From Leptolyngbyaceae cyanobacterium (GTDB taxonomy: Bacteria; Cyanobacteriota; Cyanobacteriia; Phormidesmidales; Phormidesmidaceae), in contig CBDHHL010000056.1 of NCBI GenBank assembly GCA_965263355.1, positions 2,048,001 through 2,112,000 on the forward strand: 64,000 nt of DNA. The letters are read 5' to 3'. Below are positions 51,446 through 62,104 of this stretch, piece by piece. A program made the translations under genes and the position numbers. A model generated the notes under the pieces. The model had not been told where the DNA came from, made no database searches, and worked only from the letters and a program-made list of their open reading frames with translations. The first letter of the stretch is position 1; every line of letters begins with the position of its first letter.

Positions 51446-52981
51446 ATGTCCTCATTCAATTGGTTCCGCCGTAGCTATGATGACGAGTCCCCTGATGATC
51501 AGAACAAGACTCTCCCATCAGAGGAAAATAACACCGATGATGCCGCTGCCCCAGACGAAAATGCCCCCCCTGCCAACGCTGAAGATTATCTAGCCTGGGC
51601 TAAGGCGGCTTACCAAAATATTCAGCAGCAAACAACCACTGAAACAGAGCCTCAGCCGGAAGCGGAGTCAGACGTTGCAGCAACCATTGACACTGAAACA
51701 GCTCCAGTTGCAGCAACCGACACCGCTCCCCCTGAAACAACCGACACCCCAGTTACCGCAGTCATTTCCCCCGAGACTGAAGCAACTGAAATCGCCGTAG
51801 AAGAGCCCCCAGTAGACAGTCCAACTGTCGCTGCGCCATTTTGGGCCAAAGCTGCCGAAGCCGAACGAGAGGCTCGCCTCACTAAACTGAAGGAAACGGC
51901 CATTGCAGCCTCCGAGCCAGAACCAGAAGTGGTACCACCAGCTCACGAGCCAGAGCTGATCATGCCAGATGTCGATCTAGACGAGGCCTTTCTCTGGTCA
52001 GCGGAGGTGTTGGCCTCCCAAGGAAGACGGCCAGATACTATTTCCCTCGAAGAAATCACCTGGCTCAACCAACTCCGCCAGGGGTTAGGCAAAACACGAC
52101 GGGGCTTAGTTAATCAGCTCAGGTCAGTGGTTGGTCAGGGACCGCTGAACGAAGATGCGATCTATGAAATTGAGGCCCTACTGCTTCAGGCTGATGTGGG
52201 TGTGGAAGCCACCGACCAGATTATCGAGTCGCTGCAGGCCAAAATGCGTGAGGAAACTCTGCCACCTGATGCGGCAATTCGATATCTCAAAACAATTTTG
52301 CGACAGATGTTGGACAGTCCTTTGGACGGGGAACATAATCTGCTGTTTGTACCTGAAAGTGAACGGCTCAACATTTGGCTGATGGTGGGGGTAAACGGGG
52401 CCGGTAAAACTACGACCATCGGTAAGCTCACCCATATTGCTAAAAAGTCTGGCTATAACTGTCTGATTGCAGCCGCTGACACCTTCCGGGCCGCTGCGGT
52501 CGAACAGGTTAAAGTTTGGGGCGCTCGCAGTGGTGTTGAAGTGATTGCCAATCCGGGTCAAAACACCGATCCGGCGGCGGTGGTATTTGACGCCATTGCC
52601 GCCGCTCAGTCACGCAATACAGAGCTATTGTTGGTAGATACGGCAGGTCGTCTACAAAATAAGAAGAATCTGATGGATGAACTCGCCAAGGTCCGGCGGA
52701 TTCTTGATAAGAAAGCGCCTGAGGCTAAAGTGGAAGCCCTCTTGGTGCTAGACGCTACCCTGGGTCAGAACGGGGTACGACAGGCCAAGGTATTCTCAGA
52801 AGCCGCCAATCTGAGCGGTGTGGTGCTGACAAAATTGGATGGTACCGCCAAAGGGGGGGTAGCTCTCGCAGTAGTCCAACAGCTGGGTTTGCCCATTCGA
52901 TTTATCGGTGCGGGGGAAGGCATTGAAGATTTAAGGCCTTTTTCAAGTTACGAGTTTGTCGAGGCCTTATTGAGCGGTTGA
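51446..52981 (+). CDS. ftsY: SRP receptor FtsY
   Basis: Acidic N-terminus; GVNGAGKTTT; DTAGR; TKLDGTAKGG. Confidence 0.96.
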   Translation: MSSFNWFRRSYDDESPDDQNKTLPSEENNTDDAAAPDENAPPANAEDYLAWAKAAYQNIQQQTTTETEPQPEAESDVAATIDTETAPVAATDTAPPETTDTPVTAVISPETEATEIAVEEPPVDSPTVAAPFWAKAAEAEREARLTKLKETAIAASEPEPEVVPPAHEPELIMPDVDLDEAFLWSAEVLASQGRRPDTISLEEITWLNQLRQGLGKTRRGLVNQLRSVVGQGPLNEDAIYEIEALLLQADVGVEATDQIIESLQAKMREETLPPDAAIRYLKTILRQMLDSPLDGEHNLLFVPESERLNIWLMVGVNGAGKTTTIGKLTHIAKKSGYNCLIAAADTFRAAAVEQVKVWGARSGVEVIANPGQNTDPAAVVFDAIAAAQSRNTELLLVDTAGRLQNKKNLMDELAKVRRILDKKAPEAKVEALLVLDATLGQNGVRQAKVFSEAANLSGVVLTKLDGTAKGGVALAVVQQLGLPIRFIGAGEGIEDLRPFSSYEFVEALLSG

Positions 52982-52983
52982 CC

Positions 52984-53970
52984 ATGCCGGTTTATTTCTT
53001 TTGGGGTGCCGATGAGTTTCGGATGAAAAAGGCGGTGCGAGCGTTATGCGATCGCAACCTTAATCCCGACTGGGCCAGCTTTAACTACGAAAAAATTCCG
53101 CCAGACCAGCCAGATGGAGCCATCCAGGCCCTGAACCAGGCAATGACTCCACCCTTTGGCATGGGCAAACGCATCGTCTGGTTAGTCGATACCCCCATTT
53201 GTCAACGCTGTACCGCCGATCTACTGACCGAGCTAGAACGCACATTACCCAATATTCCAGACAGTGCCATTCTGCTGATGACCAGCAGCAATAAACCGGA
53301 TGGACGCTTAAAATCCACCAAACTGATCAAAAAACACGCCGATATCCGCGAGTTTGACACCATTCCCCCCTGGAAAACCGAGCAGATTGAACACCAGGTG
53401 TACCAGGTGGCCAAGGACGTGGGTCTGCAGCTGACACCTCAGGCAGCGACCCTATTAGGAGACGCAATTGGTGCTGACACCCGCCGTCTTTACAACGAAC
53501 TGGAAAAACTCAAAACCTACTGGCCACAGCCGCAGCAGGCTTTACCCCCTGAAGCCGTCAATGCCCTAGTCGCTACCAGCACCCAAAGTAGTCTGCAGCT
53601 TGCGGCGGCATTACGACAAGGTCAAACAGACCGTGCCCTGACGCTCATTACTGAACTGTTGGAACGCAATGAGCCTGCCCTTCGTATTGTCGCCACTCTA
53701 GTGGGACAGTTTCGCACCTGGCTATGGGTTAAACTCATGACCGAATCTGGCGAGCGCGATACCCGTGTCATTGCCCAGGCCGCTGATGTCGGAAACCCAA
53801 AACGTATCTATTTTTTACAAAAAGATATACGGCCCGTCTCGTCTTTACAATTGCAAAATGCCCTGAAACTTTTACTCTCCCTTGAATATTCCCTTAAACA
53901 AGGCGCGCCAGAGATTGTAACATTACATACCAAAGTCATTGAATTGGCGCATTGCTTCAAGCCGATTTAA
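52984..53970 (+). CDS. holA: DNA polymerase III delta subunit
   Basis: MPVYFFWG.DEF, AMTPPFG, KPDGRLK, NELEKL. Confidence 0.9.
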   Translation: MPVYFFWGADEFRMKKAVRALCDRNLNPDWASFNYEKIPPDQPDGAIQALNQAMTPPFGMGKRIVWLVDTPICQRCTADLLTELERTLPNIPDSAILLMTSSNKPDGRLKSTKLIKKHADIREFDTIPPWKTEQIEHQVYQVAKDVGLQLTPQAATLLGDAIGADTRRLYNELEKLKTYWPQPQQALPPEAVNALVATSTQSSLQLAAALRQGQTDRALTLITELLERNEPALRIVATLVGQFRTWLWVKLMTESGERDTRVIAQAADVGNPKRIYFLQKDIRPVSSLQLQNALKLLLSLEYSLKQGAPEIVTLHTKVIELAHCFKPI

Positions 53971-53997
53971 GGCTTACTATGCAGTATTCCTGTTTCA

Positions 53998-54501
53998 TTG
54001 ACTAAAATTGGTCAACTCTTGCTAGATATTGCCATGATGCTTCCTCGTCGCTCTAGTCATGACACCCCCCGTCCACTGCGCTGGCTCGTTGGCACCAGCA
54101 TTAGTCTGGTGGCGATCGCATCCTTGCCCCTGTCCACCTTCTGGCAAAAAGGTTATGCCCAAAGCTTTACGGACGAAGAAATCGGCAACTACGCCAAAGC
54201 CGTCCTCGGGATGGAAAACATCCGGAAAAATGCGTATGCTGAAATCAGCGACCTAATGAGAAGCCAACAGCTAGACGTCACCCGCTACAGTCTCAGTTGC
54301 CCCAGGGCCAAAACAGTTGATTTACCGCGTTCGGTGCGTAGGCCAGTACGAATTTTATTAATTAATTATTGCAACAACGCTAAGAAACTGGTTGAAGACA
54401 CAGGCCTCACAGTTACCTTGTTCAATTCCATCACCGCCACCCATGAAAAGGATGAGGCCCTGGCGGAACAGATACAATTGGAAATAGCTAGGTTGCGTTA
54501 G
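53998..54501 (+). CDS. DUF4168-like secreted protein
   Basis: EEIGNYAKAVL.ME..R, YCN..K.LVE..GLT...FNSIT; start uncertain. Confidence 0.7.
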   Translation: MTKIGQLLLDIAMMLPRRSSHDTPRPLRWLVGTSISLVAIASLPLSTFWQKGYAQSFTDEEIGNYAKAVLGMENIRKNAYAEISDLMRSQQLDVTRYSLSCPRAKTVDLPRSVRRPVRILLINYCNNAKKLVEDTGLTVTLFNSITATHEKDEALAEQIQLEIARLR

Positions 54502-54619
54502 CGGGAAATTATCCCCACTCATATACCCATATAAAGGCCCAAAGTCATGCACTTACGCATACCAAGAGGCACTACTCACCTAACCTTGCCAATACTGTTC
54601 GCCGTCTACCGTCCCCCCT

Positions 54620-55693
54620 ATGCAATTCATCGATCAAGCCGAAGTTGACGTCCAAGGGGGCGATGGTGGAGATGGGCTCGTTGCCTTTCGCCGTGAAAAG
54701 TATGTCCCCACGGGGGGACCATCTGGCGGCAATGGAGGCCATGGCGGCTCGGTTGTGCTGAAAGCTGTCACCAATTTGCAAACACTGTTAGATTTTCGCT
54801 ACGCCCACCGATTCCGGGCCGAACCGGGCGAACGGGGTGGTCCCAAAAATATGACGGGGGCCACGGGTAAAGACCTAATCGTCGAAGTTCCCTGCGGCAC
54901 AATCATTTACGATGCCGATACGGGCGAGTTACTCGGAGATTTAGTCGCAGACGGCCAAACCCTATGTGTTGCCGAGGGTGGTAAAGGGGGCTTAGGCAAT
55001 AAACATTTTTTGAGCAATCGCAATCGAGCCCCAGAAGCTTGCTTGCCAGGACTGCCAGGGGAAGAACGACGCATTCGTCTAGAACTCAAGCTCCTGGCTG
55101 AAGTAGGCATTATTGGCTTGCCCAATGCAGGTAAATCTACCCTGATTTCAGCGCTATCTGCAGCCAAGCCCAAAGTGGCAGACTATCCATTTACGACCCT
55201 GGTACCTAACCTGGGCGTGGTCCGCAAGCCCACAGGGGATGGTACAGTCTTTGCCGATATTCCAGGCCTGATCGAAGGTGCCCATATGGGAGCTGGGCTG
55301 GGCCATGATTTCTTGCGTCATGTGGAACGCACCAGGGTGCTGCTACATGTCATCGACATCACGACCCTGGATCCGATTGAGCACTATCACACTATTCAAC
55401 AAGAGTTAGTGGCCTATGGTCACGGACTGGCGGACCGCCCCCAGCTATTAGCCCTGAATAAAATAGATGCGGTGCCGGAGGATGAGTTAGAGGTGGTAAC
55501 CGAGGAATTAATGGCTAGAAGTGGGTGCGATCGCATATTCGGCATCTCCGCCGTTAGCCGCCAGGGTCTAGACGACCTTCTTCAGGTTATCTGGGACCTC
55601 CTCGAAGAAATTAAACCGCAGGAAATTGTCATTGAACCAGAGCCATTTCCCAATCTGGTGCCCTCAGAGTTGGCCCCTACCCAATGGACTTAA
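54620..55693 (+). CDS. obgE: GTPase ObgE/CgtA
   Basis: Gly-rich Obg fold; [24 protein letters not shown]. Confidence 0.97.
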   Translation: MQFIDQAEVDVQGGDGGDGLVAFRREKYVPTGGPSGGNGGHGGSVVLKAVTNLQTLLDFRYAHRFRAEPGERGGPKNMTGATGKDLIVEVPCGTIIYDADTGELLGDLVADGQTLCVAEGGKGGLGNKHFLSNRNRAPEACLPGLPGEERRIRLELKLLAEVGIIGLPNAGKSTLISALSAAKPKVADYPFTTLVPNLGVVRKPTGDGTVFADIPGLIEGAHMGAGLGHDFLRHVERTRVLLHVIDITTLDPIEHYHTIQQELVAYGHGLADRPQLLALNKIDAVPEDELEVVTEELMARSGCDRIFGISAVSRQGLDDLLQVIWDLLEEIKPQEIVIEPEPFPNLVPSELAPTQWT

Positions 55694-55779
55694 CTCCAAT
55701 AACCACCCATTAAGGCTGACAATCTTCCTAGATAAAGTTGACAATACTGCATACGGTTGACAATAGTTAGCAGTTCATT

Positions 55780-56377
55780 GGTTATGGGTGGACTACTGAA
55801 CGTCATGCTGTCCTAGAGCTTTCAAAGGGAAAGTTAACAACAGACCCAGCCCGTCACTCAGGACAGGGAATCTTTTTTAGTTCTCGTATATTTGACTTTT
55901 TTGTGATTTTTTCAGGGAATCTTTCTTTTCTCATCAGTACGAAAAAATAGAAGATTGGATTATAGAACAGTATTCCCAAGACCTGCACCCATACAGAAGT
56001 ACATCCAAAGATATTTTTGACCAAGACCCATAGAAGAAGACTATGGCTTTATAAAAACTGTAGTACCAGTCAAACTTGTCCAATACGGAAATGAATTCTT
56101 AGTATCTCGCTCTCAAGCAAAACGATTGATGGCAAGAGTAGATAAATTTAAAGTTGTCATCCTTGATTTTGAAAAAATCGATGCCATTGGCCAAGCGTTT
56201 GCCAATGAAGTGTTTCGAGTTTTCCATAACCATCATCCTAAAATCCAGTTATATGCCATCAATACCAATAATGCTGTCAAGGAAATGATTTTGCGTGCTG
56301 GAGGCAAATCTAGTCTGGACAACTCTCAGGGGGAGATGGTACTACGGCTGGTGATAACTCTTCTGTTGGTTTCTTAG
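55780..56377 (+). pseudogene. Fragmented HATPase-like / DUF4325 (STAS-like) gene
   Basis: LELSKGKLTTDPARHSGQGIFFSSRIFD, then frameshifts, then LVSRSQAKRL..VILDF..IGQAFANEVFRVF. Confidence 0.75.
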
Positions 56378-57711
56378 CGTAGTTTCCAGGTTTGCCCTTG
56401 TTGATTTAAGGCATTTTGCAGGTGATCGATAGTAACCGCTTCATCGCCTGCCAGTTTGCGGGCTATATGCCCAATTTCCAAGATCTGATCTTGGGAAAGT
56501 AATAGACCTTCAGCTAAAGCATGCCAACGGACTTTCCCCATGGATTTAACATCGTCGGGAAAAGCTTGCTGCCAGAGCTGGAGACGTAGATCGGCAGTGA
56601 GCATGGGGATATCGATTGCAGTGAGCTGTTGTCGCCAGTGACGGCGGACTAAATGGCGATGACGCACAGCAAAAATAATGTGGGCTGATGACTTGATAAG
56701 CCAGTGCTGCAATGCTGCAGACTCTATGGTCGAGTTGCGGCCTAGCCAATGATGGGCTGATTTGATCAATACAACTGAATAGGTGGCCTGGTCTAGTTCG
56801 GCTAGGCAGGCGGGCCAGGTCTGGGATGCAAGTTGGGCCAGGTCAAGGATGTGTAAGGGCTGTTTGAGATGGGTAGCGAGTGCGATCGCACTCCTCTCGT
56901 TGCCCACACCATTTTCCCCGACCAACAACAGCCTAGACTGAGGCTGAGCCACCAATGACTGCAACCGTTGCTTAAGCGCATTCGGCACGATTAAGTCTGG
57001 CCAAATGACCCGCCCTCGACTCGGTTGAGCAAACTGGTCAGCCATCGTAAACCGCTTTGGCCAATCAGGGTCAGGATTCTCTGCTAGTAAATACTCAACC
57101 CATTCAGGAGCCAGCTGTAGCTGACTGCCCAGTAAGGTTGGTGAACCGTCTATACAGCGTAAAATCTGCCGCTGGAGCAATGAATTTGTCCCCGTCAAAC
57201 GCAGTCGTGACCGCCGTCGTTCAGTATCATTACGGCACAGTAGCCGTAGCGCTAGTTCAACCGTAGGCAACGCCCCTACCGAACAGTTAGTCCCTGTTTG
57301 TAAATAGTGATATAACCGACCGTAGCGTATCTGTACCTCTGGAGCCAGCGCCATTAGCACTAGCTTCTTTTCAAATAAGCTTAGATTCAGGGACAGCTGC
57401 ATAGTCGGCAGCCCCAGGGAAACCTTAATAGCTCGACTGAGCAAAATTCGTTTATCTAATGTTTTTTGATAACCGAGGGAGGGTTGTTCGCTAGCTTTAG
57501 GCGCAGTATCATCATAGGCCCGATTTTTAACCGCAATTAGCCCCTGCCACCAATCACTCGTTGCCTTATCAGAGGGGCTTTTCGCCGCCTGAGCCACCGA
57601 CTTTAAAGTCTTACGCTGCTGAGATACGGTCACCAGCAACAGCCGTTCTAGCCAGCTCAGCTCCGTCTCCAGATAGGCCCAATTATTTGCAAACGGAACA
57701 CCAGAAGCCAT
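56374..57711 (-). CDS. AAA-ATPase-like protein with degenerate Walker motifs
   Basis: N-terminal NWAYL..EL.WL, PTVELALRLLC; Walker A position GENGVGNE. Confidence 0.75.
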   Translation of the reverse strand: MASGVPFANNWAYLETELSWLERLLLVTVSQQRKTLKSVAQAAKSPSDKATSDWWQGLIAVKNRAYDDTAPKASEQPSLGYQKTLDKRILLSRAIKVSLGLPTMQLSLNLSLFEKKLVLMALAPEVQIRYGRLYHYLQTGTNCSVGALPTVELALRLLCRNDTERRRSRLRLTGTNSLLQRQILRCIDGSPTLLGSQLQLAPEWVEYLLAENPDPDWPKRFTMADQFAQPSRGRVIWPDLIVPNALKQRLQSLVAQPQSRLLLVGENGVGNERSAIALATHLKQPLHILDLAQLASQTWPACLAELDQATYSVVLIKSAHHWLGRNSTIESAALQHWLIKSSAHIIFAVRHRHLVRRHWRQQLTAIDIPMLTADLRLQLWQQAFPDDVKSMGKVRWHALAEGLLLSQDQILEIGHIARKLAGDEAVTIDHLQNALNQQGQTWKLR

Positions 57712-57714
57712 TGA

Positions 57715-58128
57715 TTATTTCAAGCGACGCAAAAACTCTAAGGGTAACCCATCAGTATCGGCAATAAAGGCCACTTCATATACATTAGCCCCGATCATTT
57801 GTTGTTGAGGTTCCAACAGCACGATTAAGGCCATATTTTGCGACATTGCCTTTTGCTTAAGTGTATCCAGCCAAGCCGGTAAACTGTGAGCTATTTGAGT
57901 CAAGTCAAACGAAAGGTGATAGTAACCGGTGTACTGCTCATCGCTAAAGGCATCTGCCGCCGGTTTAGGATCTGGCACCTGGATCAGCTCGATCCGTCCA
58001 TTTAATCCTTCCATCCAGCAAGCCAGGGTAATGCCAGCGGTAAAACGTTCTACCACTTCAAATCCCAACAGCTCATAAAAGCCGATGGCGCGATGGATAT
58101 CCGCCGTTCGAATCGACGCATGGTGCAT
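57715..58128 (-). CDS. VOC/glyoxalase family protein
   Basis: HHASIRTADI, GRIEL, YHLSF, FIADTDGLPLE. Confidence 0.9.
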   Translation of the reverse strand: MHHASIRTADIHRAIGFYELLGFEVVERFTAGITLACWMEGLNGRIELIQVPDPKPAADAFSDEQYTGYYHLSFDLTQIAHSLPAWLDTLKQKAMSQNMALIVLLEPQQQMIGANVYEVAFIADTDGLPLEFLRRLK

Positions 58129-58161
58129 AGCGTTTTATCGCCAACTAATAATCGACGCGGT

Positions 58162-58671
58162 TTACTCAAAAAACTTTAAATAGCGGTAGTTATTAGGTAC
58201 CCCAGGTTCTTTTTCTAAATCAAAATTGATCACTTCCCACTGAGGTACCTCCTGGGAAGACGGGCTGAAGGCCACCGGCAATCCGTATAATCTGGGCGTG
58301 CCTGAATCCACTTGCCCACGCCAGGGGGCACTGTACTCTAGATACGATTTCACTAAAGACCGGTAGCGCTCAGCAATAATCACCCGCGTTGCCCGATAAC
58401 CCTCAGTATACAAGCGATCTAGAGCCTCATGGATCTCAAACCGAATGCCATCAGGATGGGTATGCTGACGATACCATTCCCCCTCCCACTGACGCCAGTG
58501 ACGGCCCGATTGCACATGTACTAAATCTTGGGTTTCGAGACTAACCTCAAACGCACCATGGCGTGTACAAAGATAGCTATCAGTCAGGGTTAATGCCGGA
58601 ATGGTCTGCCGACAGTGGGGACATTTGATCTCTGGCCCATAAAACGGATACTGAGAAGCTGAATTTATCAT
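58162..58671 (-). CDS. TIGR02652 family protein
   Basis: CPHCRQTIPALTLTDSYLC.RHGAFE; RQHTHPDGIRFEIHEALDRL. Confidence 0.85.
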   Translation of the reverse strand: MINSASQYPFYGPEIKCPHCRQTIPALTLTDSYLCTRHGAFEVSLETQDLVHVQSGRHWRQWEGEWYRQHTHPDGIRFEIHEALDRLYTEGYRATRVIIAERYRSLVKSYLEYSAPWRGQVDSGTPRLYGLPVAFSPSSQEVPQWEVINFDLEKEPGVPNNYRYLKFFE

Positions 58672-58900
58672 GCAGGTTTATTAGAACATTGACGCCCAAC
58701 TGAACTGACCTGTCTCAACTACCCCAATGTTGAGTCCAGCATCGCTCTATTATAACGGGAGGCAAAATACCACGATCTAACCCCTTACATAACATTATTC
58801 TGAAGATTTTTGTCCCCTATCCCTTCTAATAAAACGTTTACCTTAACTTGATACCTTTTAGACCTAACCTATCACCCTAAACCTATCCCCAGGTAATTTC

Positions 58901-59446
58901 GTGGCTAACCTCACCCCTGTTTTTATCCCCTCTGGTGGCTTTTGGCCTGCACCAGACCTTTCTAAAGCTGCTTTTGTCGCCCCCAACGCCACTGTTATTG
59001 GCCATGTGGAGATTCATGATGGGGCCAATATTTGGTATACCGCAGTCATTCGCGGCGATGTCGAACGGATTCATATCGGTGCCCACACCAATGTGCAAGA
59101 CGGGGCTGTCCTACACGGCGACCCTGGGCTGCCCACGATGTTGGAAGACTATGTCACCATCGGTCACCGGGCTGTCGTGCATAGTGCCCATATTGAACGG
59201 GGCTGCCTGATCGGCATCGGGGCCATCATTCTAAATGGTGTCCGCGTTGGTGCAGGCAGCATCATCGGCGCAGGCGCGGTCGTTAATAAAGAGGTCCCTC
59301 CCGGCTCACTCGTGGTCGGCGTTCCTGGCAAAGTCATCAAAACCCTATCCCCTGAAGAAATCGAGGACCTCATCGACCATGCTAAAAAATACGAGCAGTT
59401 AGCCTTGGTCCATGCAGGGAAAGGGACAAATTTAGGCTTTGAGTAA
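58901..59446 (+). CDS. Gamma carbonic anhydrase family protein
   Basis: Hexapeptide repeats; IRGD, NVQDG.VLH, VTIGH.AVVH. Confidence 0.92.
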   Translation: MANLTPVFIPSGGFWPAPDLSKAAFVAPNATVIGHVEIHDGANIWYTAVIRGDVERIHIGAHTNVQDGAVLHGDPGLPTMLEDYVTIGHRAVVHSAHIERGCLIGIGAIILNGVRVGAGSIIGAGAVVNKEVPPGSLVVGVPGKVIKTLSPEEIEDLIDHAKKYEQLALVHAGKGTNLGFE

Positions 59447-59465
59447 CGCACCGGTACATTCCCCA

Positions 59466-59489
59466 CACCCTGAGCGCAGTCGAAGGGTG
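59466..59489. repeat. REP-like palindrome CACCCTGAGCGCAGTCGAAGGGTG
   Basis: Short imperfect inverted repeat in intergenic space. Confidence 0.55.
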
Positions 59490-59505
59490 CGCCATCACAA
59501 TTTCC

Positions 59506-60459
59506 ATGACTATGACCTCCAAATTCTTCCAGCCTGACGACTATCTCCAGCAAACACTCACCCAGGTCCTTGAGTTTACTTGGGGGCATTTTCCCAATCT
59601 GGCCCAAAACCAGATCGCGGTTACCTGGCTAGCGTACGAACCGCCCTACATCGTCAATACAGGTGGCGCATTAAGTGCTGACGACTTCTGGCAGCAGCAG
59701 CCCAAGGGGGCCACCTATCGCGGTGTGGAGCGGATTTATCCGGCTAGCGTTATCAAGCTATTTTATCTGGTGGCCATCCATGAGTGGTTGGAGCAGGGCA
59801 TGGTGCAGAACAACCTGGAACTAGAGCGGGCTATTCGTGACATGATTGTTGATTCGAGTAACGATGCGACTGGCTATGTGATAGATGTGCTGACTGGGAC
59901 AACGAGTGGGCCAGCGTTACCTCCGGGGCCGTTTGAAACGTGGAAAAGTCAGCGCAACTTGATTAATCGCTATCTAAAAGAGTTGAAATGGCCTGAACTA
60001 GCGACAATTAATGCTAATCAGAAAACTTGGTGCGATGGTCCCTACGGTCGGGAACGGGATTTTTTGGGTGAGGGCTATGAAAACCGTAATATGCTGACGA
60101 CCGAGGCATCTGCTCGGTTACTGCACAGTATTATTGGGGGTGTGGCGGTGAATGGGGAGCGATCGCAAACCATGATGACCCTGATGAAACGCGACCTGGA
60201 CCCTAAAGTTTTAGCGGCAGACCCCGAAAATCAAGTAACAGGCTTTTTAGGGGCTGGCGTACCGGTTGAGACCCAGGTTTGGTCAAAGGCAGGGCTCACT
60301 AGCAAAGTGCGCCATGATGCCGCCTACATTGAAGCCGATGGTGCACATCCTTATTTACTGATTGTATTTACCGAAGGCCAAGAGCACAGCAATAACGAAG
60401 CTATTTTGCCCTTTGTCTCAGAAAAGATTTTGGCAGCGATGCATAAAATGGGGACGTAA
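59506..60459 (+). CDS. Class A beta-lactamase-like serine hydrolase
   Basis: PASVIK, SSN, SKAG motifs. Confidence 0.88.
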   Translation: MTMTSKFFQPDDYLQQTLTQVLEFTWGHFPNLAQNQIAVTWLAYEPPYIVNTGGALSADDFWQQQPKGATYRGVERIYPASVIKLFYLVAIHEWLEQGMVQNNLELERAIRDMIVDSSNDATGYVIDVLTGTTSGPALPPGPFETWKSQRNLINRYLKELKWPELATINANQKTWCDGPYGRERDFLGEGYENRNMLTTEASARLLHSIIGGVAVNGERSQTMMTLMKRDLDPKVLAADPENQVTGFLGAGVPVETQVWSKAGLTSKVRHDAAYIEADGAHPYLLIVFTEGQEHSNNEAILPFVSEKILAAMHKMGT

Positions 60460-60582
60460 CATCCGAACTTAAAGGCAGTCTTTGCTTGCATCAGCCGAGA
60501 TTTTCGCCCCTCCCAGCCAGGAATTTACTTGCTCAGTAGCAAATTCCCCAGGGCACCCTAGACTCAGTTCAGGGGTGCATCA

Positions 60583-62022
60583 ATGATTACCACCACATCA
60601 TGGCCGCAAGTAGAGGCCCGGTTTAAAGAAATCTGGGGCTACGATAGTTTTCGCCCGCCACAGGACGACGTCATCCGCACGTTACTAGCGAAACAAGATG
60701 CTCTGATCGTCATGCCGACCGGTGGCGGCAAATCCATCTGTTTCCAACTGCCTGCCCTACTACAAACTGGGATCACTCTTGTTATCTCTCCATTGGTTGC
60801 CCTTATGGAAGACCAAGTACAGGAGCTAAAGCAACGCCATTTAGCTGCAGAACGTATCCACAGTGCTCTGGCTAACTTTGAAAAACGCAAGATACTGCAG
60901 CAGGTACAGCAAAACCGACTACGGCTGCTATACCTCTCGCCTGAAACACTCCTTAGCAAGCGAGTTTGGGAAACCCTCTGCCAGCCCCAGGTGATTATCA
61001 ATGGACTTATTTTGGATGAAGCCCATTGTTTGGTGCAGTGGGGCGACACATTTCGCCCTACCTATCGCAGGCTGGGGGCAGTTAGACCTGCCCTGCTAAC
61101 CCATAAACCTGCAGGTACCCAGCTCCCCATTGCGGCCTTTACGGCAACTGCAAACCCAACGGCTCAGCGCACCATTTGTAACGTGCTGCGCTTAAAACAA
61201 CCCCAGGAGGTCAAACTAAGTCCCTATAGGTCTAACCTAAATTTGGCTGTAAAAATGGTTTGGACCCCGAGGGGACGACGGCAGGCCATGCTGCAGTTTG
61301 TCAAGGCGCATTCGGGTCAGGCAGGCTTAATCTATGTGCGCACACGCCGAACAGCAGAAGAGTTGACTCAGTGGTTGCAACCGAAGGGGTTTTCTGTGGC
61401 CGCGTATCATGCTGGGTTGGCCAGCGAGGAACGTCGTCGCATTGAGGCGGAGTGGATAGAGGGGCGCTGTCAATTTGTAGTATGTACCAGTGCGTTTGGG
61501 ATGGGGATTAACCACCCGCGAGTGCGATGGGTCTGCCATTTTCATGCGCCTAGCACATTAAGTGAATATGTTCAGGAGATTGGCCGTGGGGGACGGGATG
61601 GGAAACCGGCAGATGCTTTGACGTTGGTGAGTGAACCCACAGGCTGGCTAGACTCGGAAGATAAACAGCGCTGGCAGTTTTTTGCGGAAAGCGCACGGAA
61701 GCTACAACAGGAGGCACGGCGGTTGGTGAAGTCATTAGCTGAGACTGGCAACATTGACCAGGTGTTGCACTCTAATGGGAAAGCTGCGACGGCGTTGGCG
61801 TTATTGCATGGGCAGGGACGGTTGATTTGGGAAGACCCGTTTCACTATCGGTTGACGGCAGGACAATCCTCCAAAGCTGATAAGCCAGTCGATAGCGTCA
61901 AGGAAATTAAGCAGTATCTATTTAGCCGAACGTGTCGCTGGCAGAAACTTTTAGTGCAGTTTGGCTGTGAAGAAGAAGCTCAAGATATGCAATGCGGTCA
62001 TTGCGATAATTGTCGCCATTAG
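60583..62022 (+). CDS. recQ: RecQ-family DNA helicase
   Basis: PTGGGKS, DEAHC, TATA, QEIGRGGRDG, CGHCDNC. Confidence 0.93.
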   Translation: MITTTSWPQVEARFKEIWGYDSFRPPQDDVIRTLLAKQDALIVMPTGGGKSICFQLPALLQTGITLVISPLVALMEDQVQELKQRHLAAERIHSALANFEKRKILQQVQQNRLRLLYLSPETLLSKRVWETLCQPQVIINGLILDEAHCLVQWGDTFRPTYRRLGAVRPALLTHKPAGTQLPIAAFTATANPTAQRTICNVLRLKQPQEVKLSPYRSNLNLAVKMVWTPRGRRQAMLQFVKAHSGQAGLIYVRTRRTAEELTQWLQPKGFSVAAYHAGLASEERRRIEAEWIEGRCQFVVCTSAFGMGINHPRVRWVCHFHAPSTLSEYVQEIGRGGRDGKPADALTLVSEPTGWLDSEDKQRWQFFAESARKLQQEARRLVKSLAETGNIDQVLHSNGKAATALALLHGQGRLIWEDPFHYRLTAGQSSKADKPVDSVKEIKQYLFSRTCRWQKLLVQFGCEEEAQDMQCGHCDNCRH

Positions 62023-62104
62023 TCAATATTTGACATCGTATGCCCGACTTCTGATAAGGGTAGCTTACACTAGAAATTGCAACCTGGTTTAAGCTCCATA
62101 GCCT

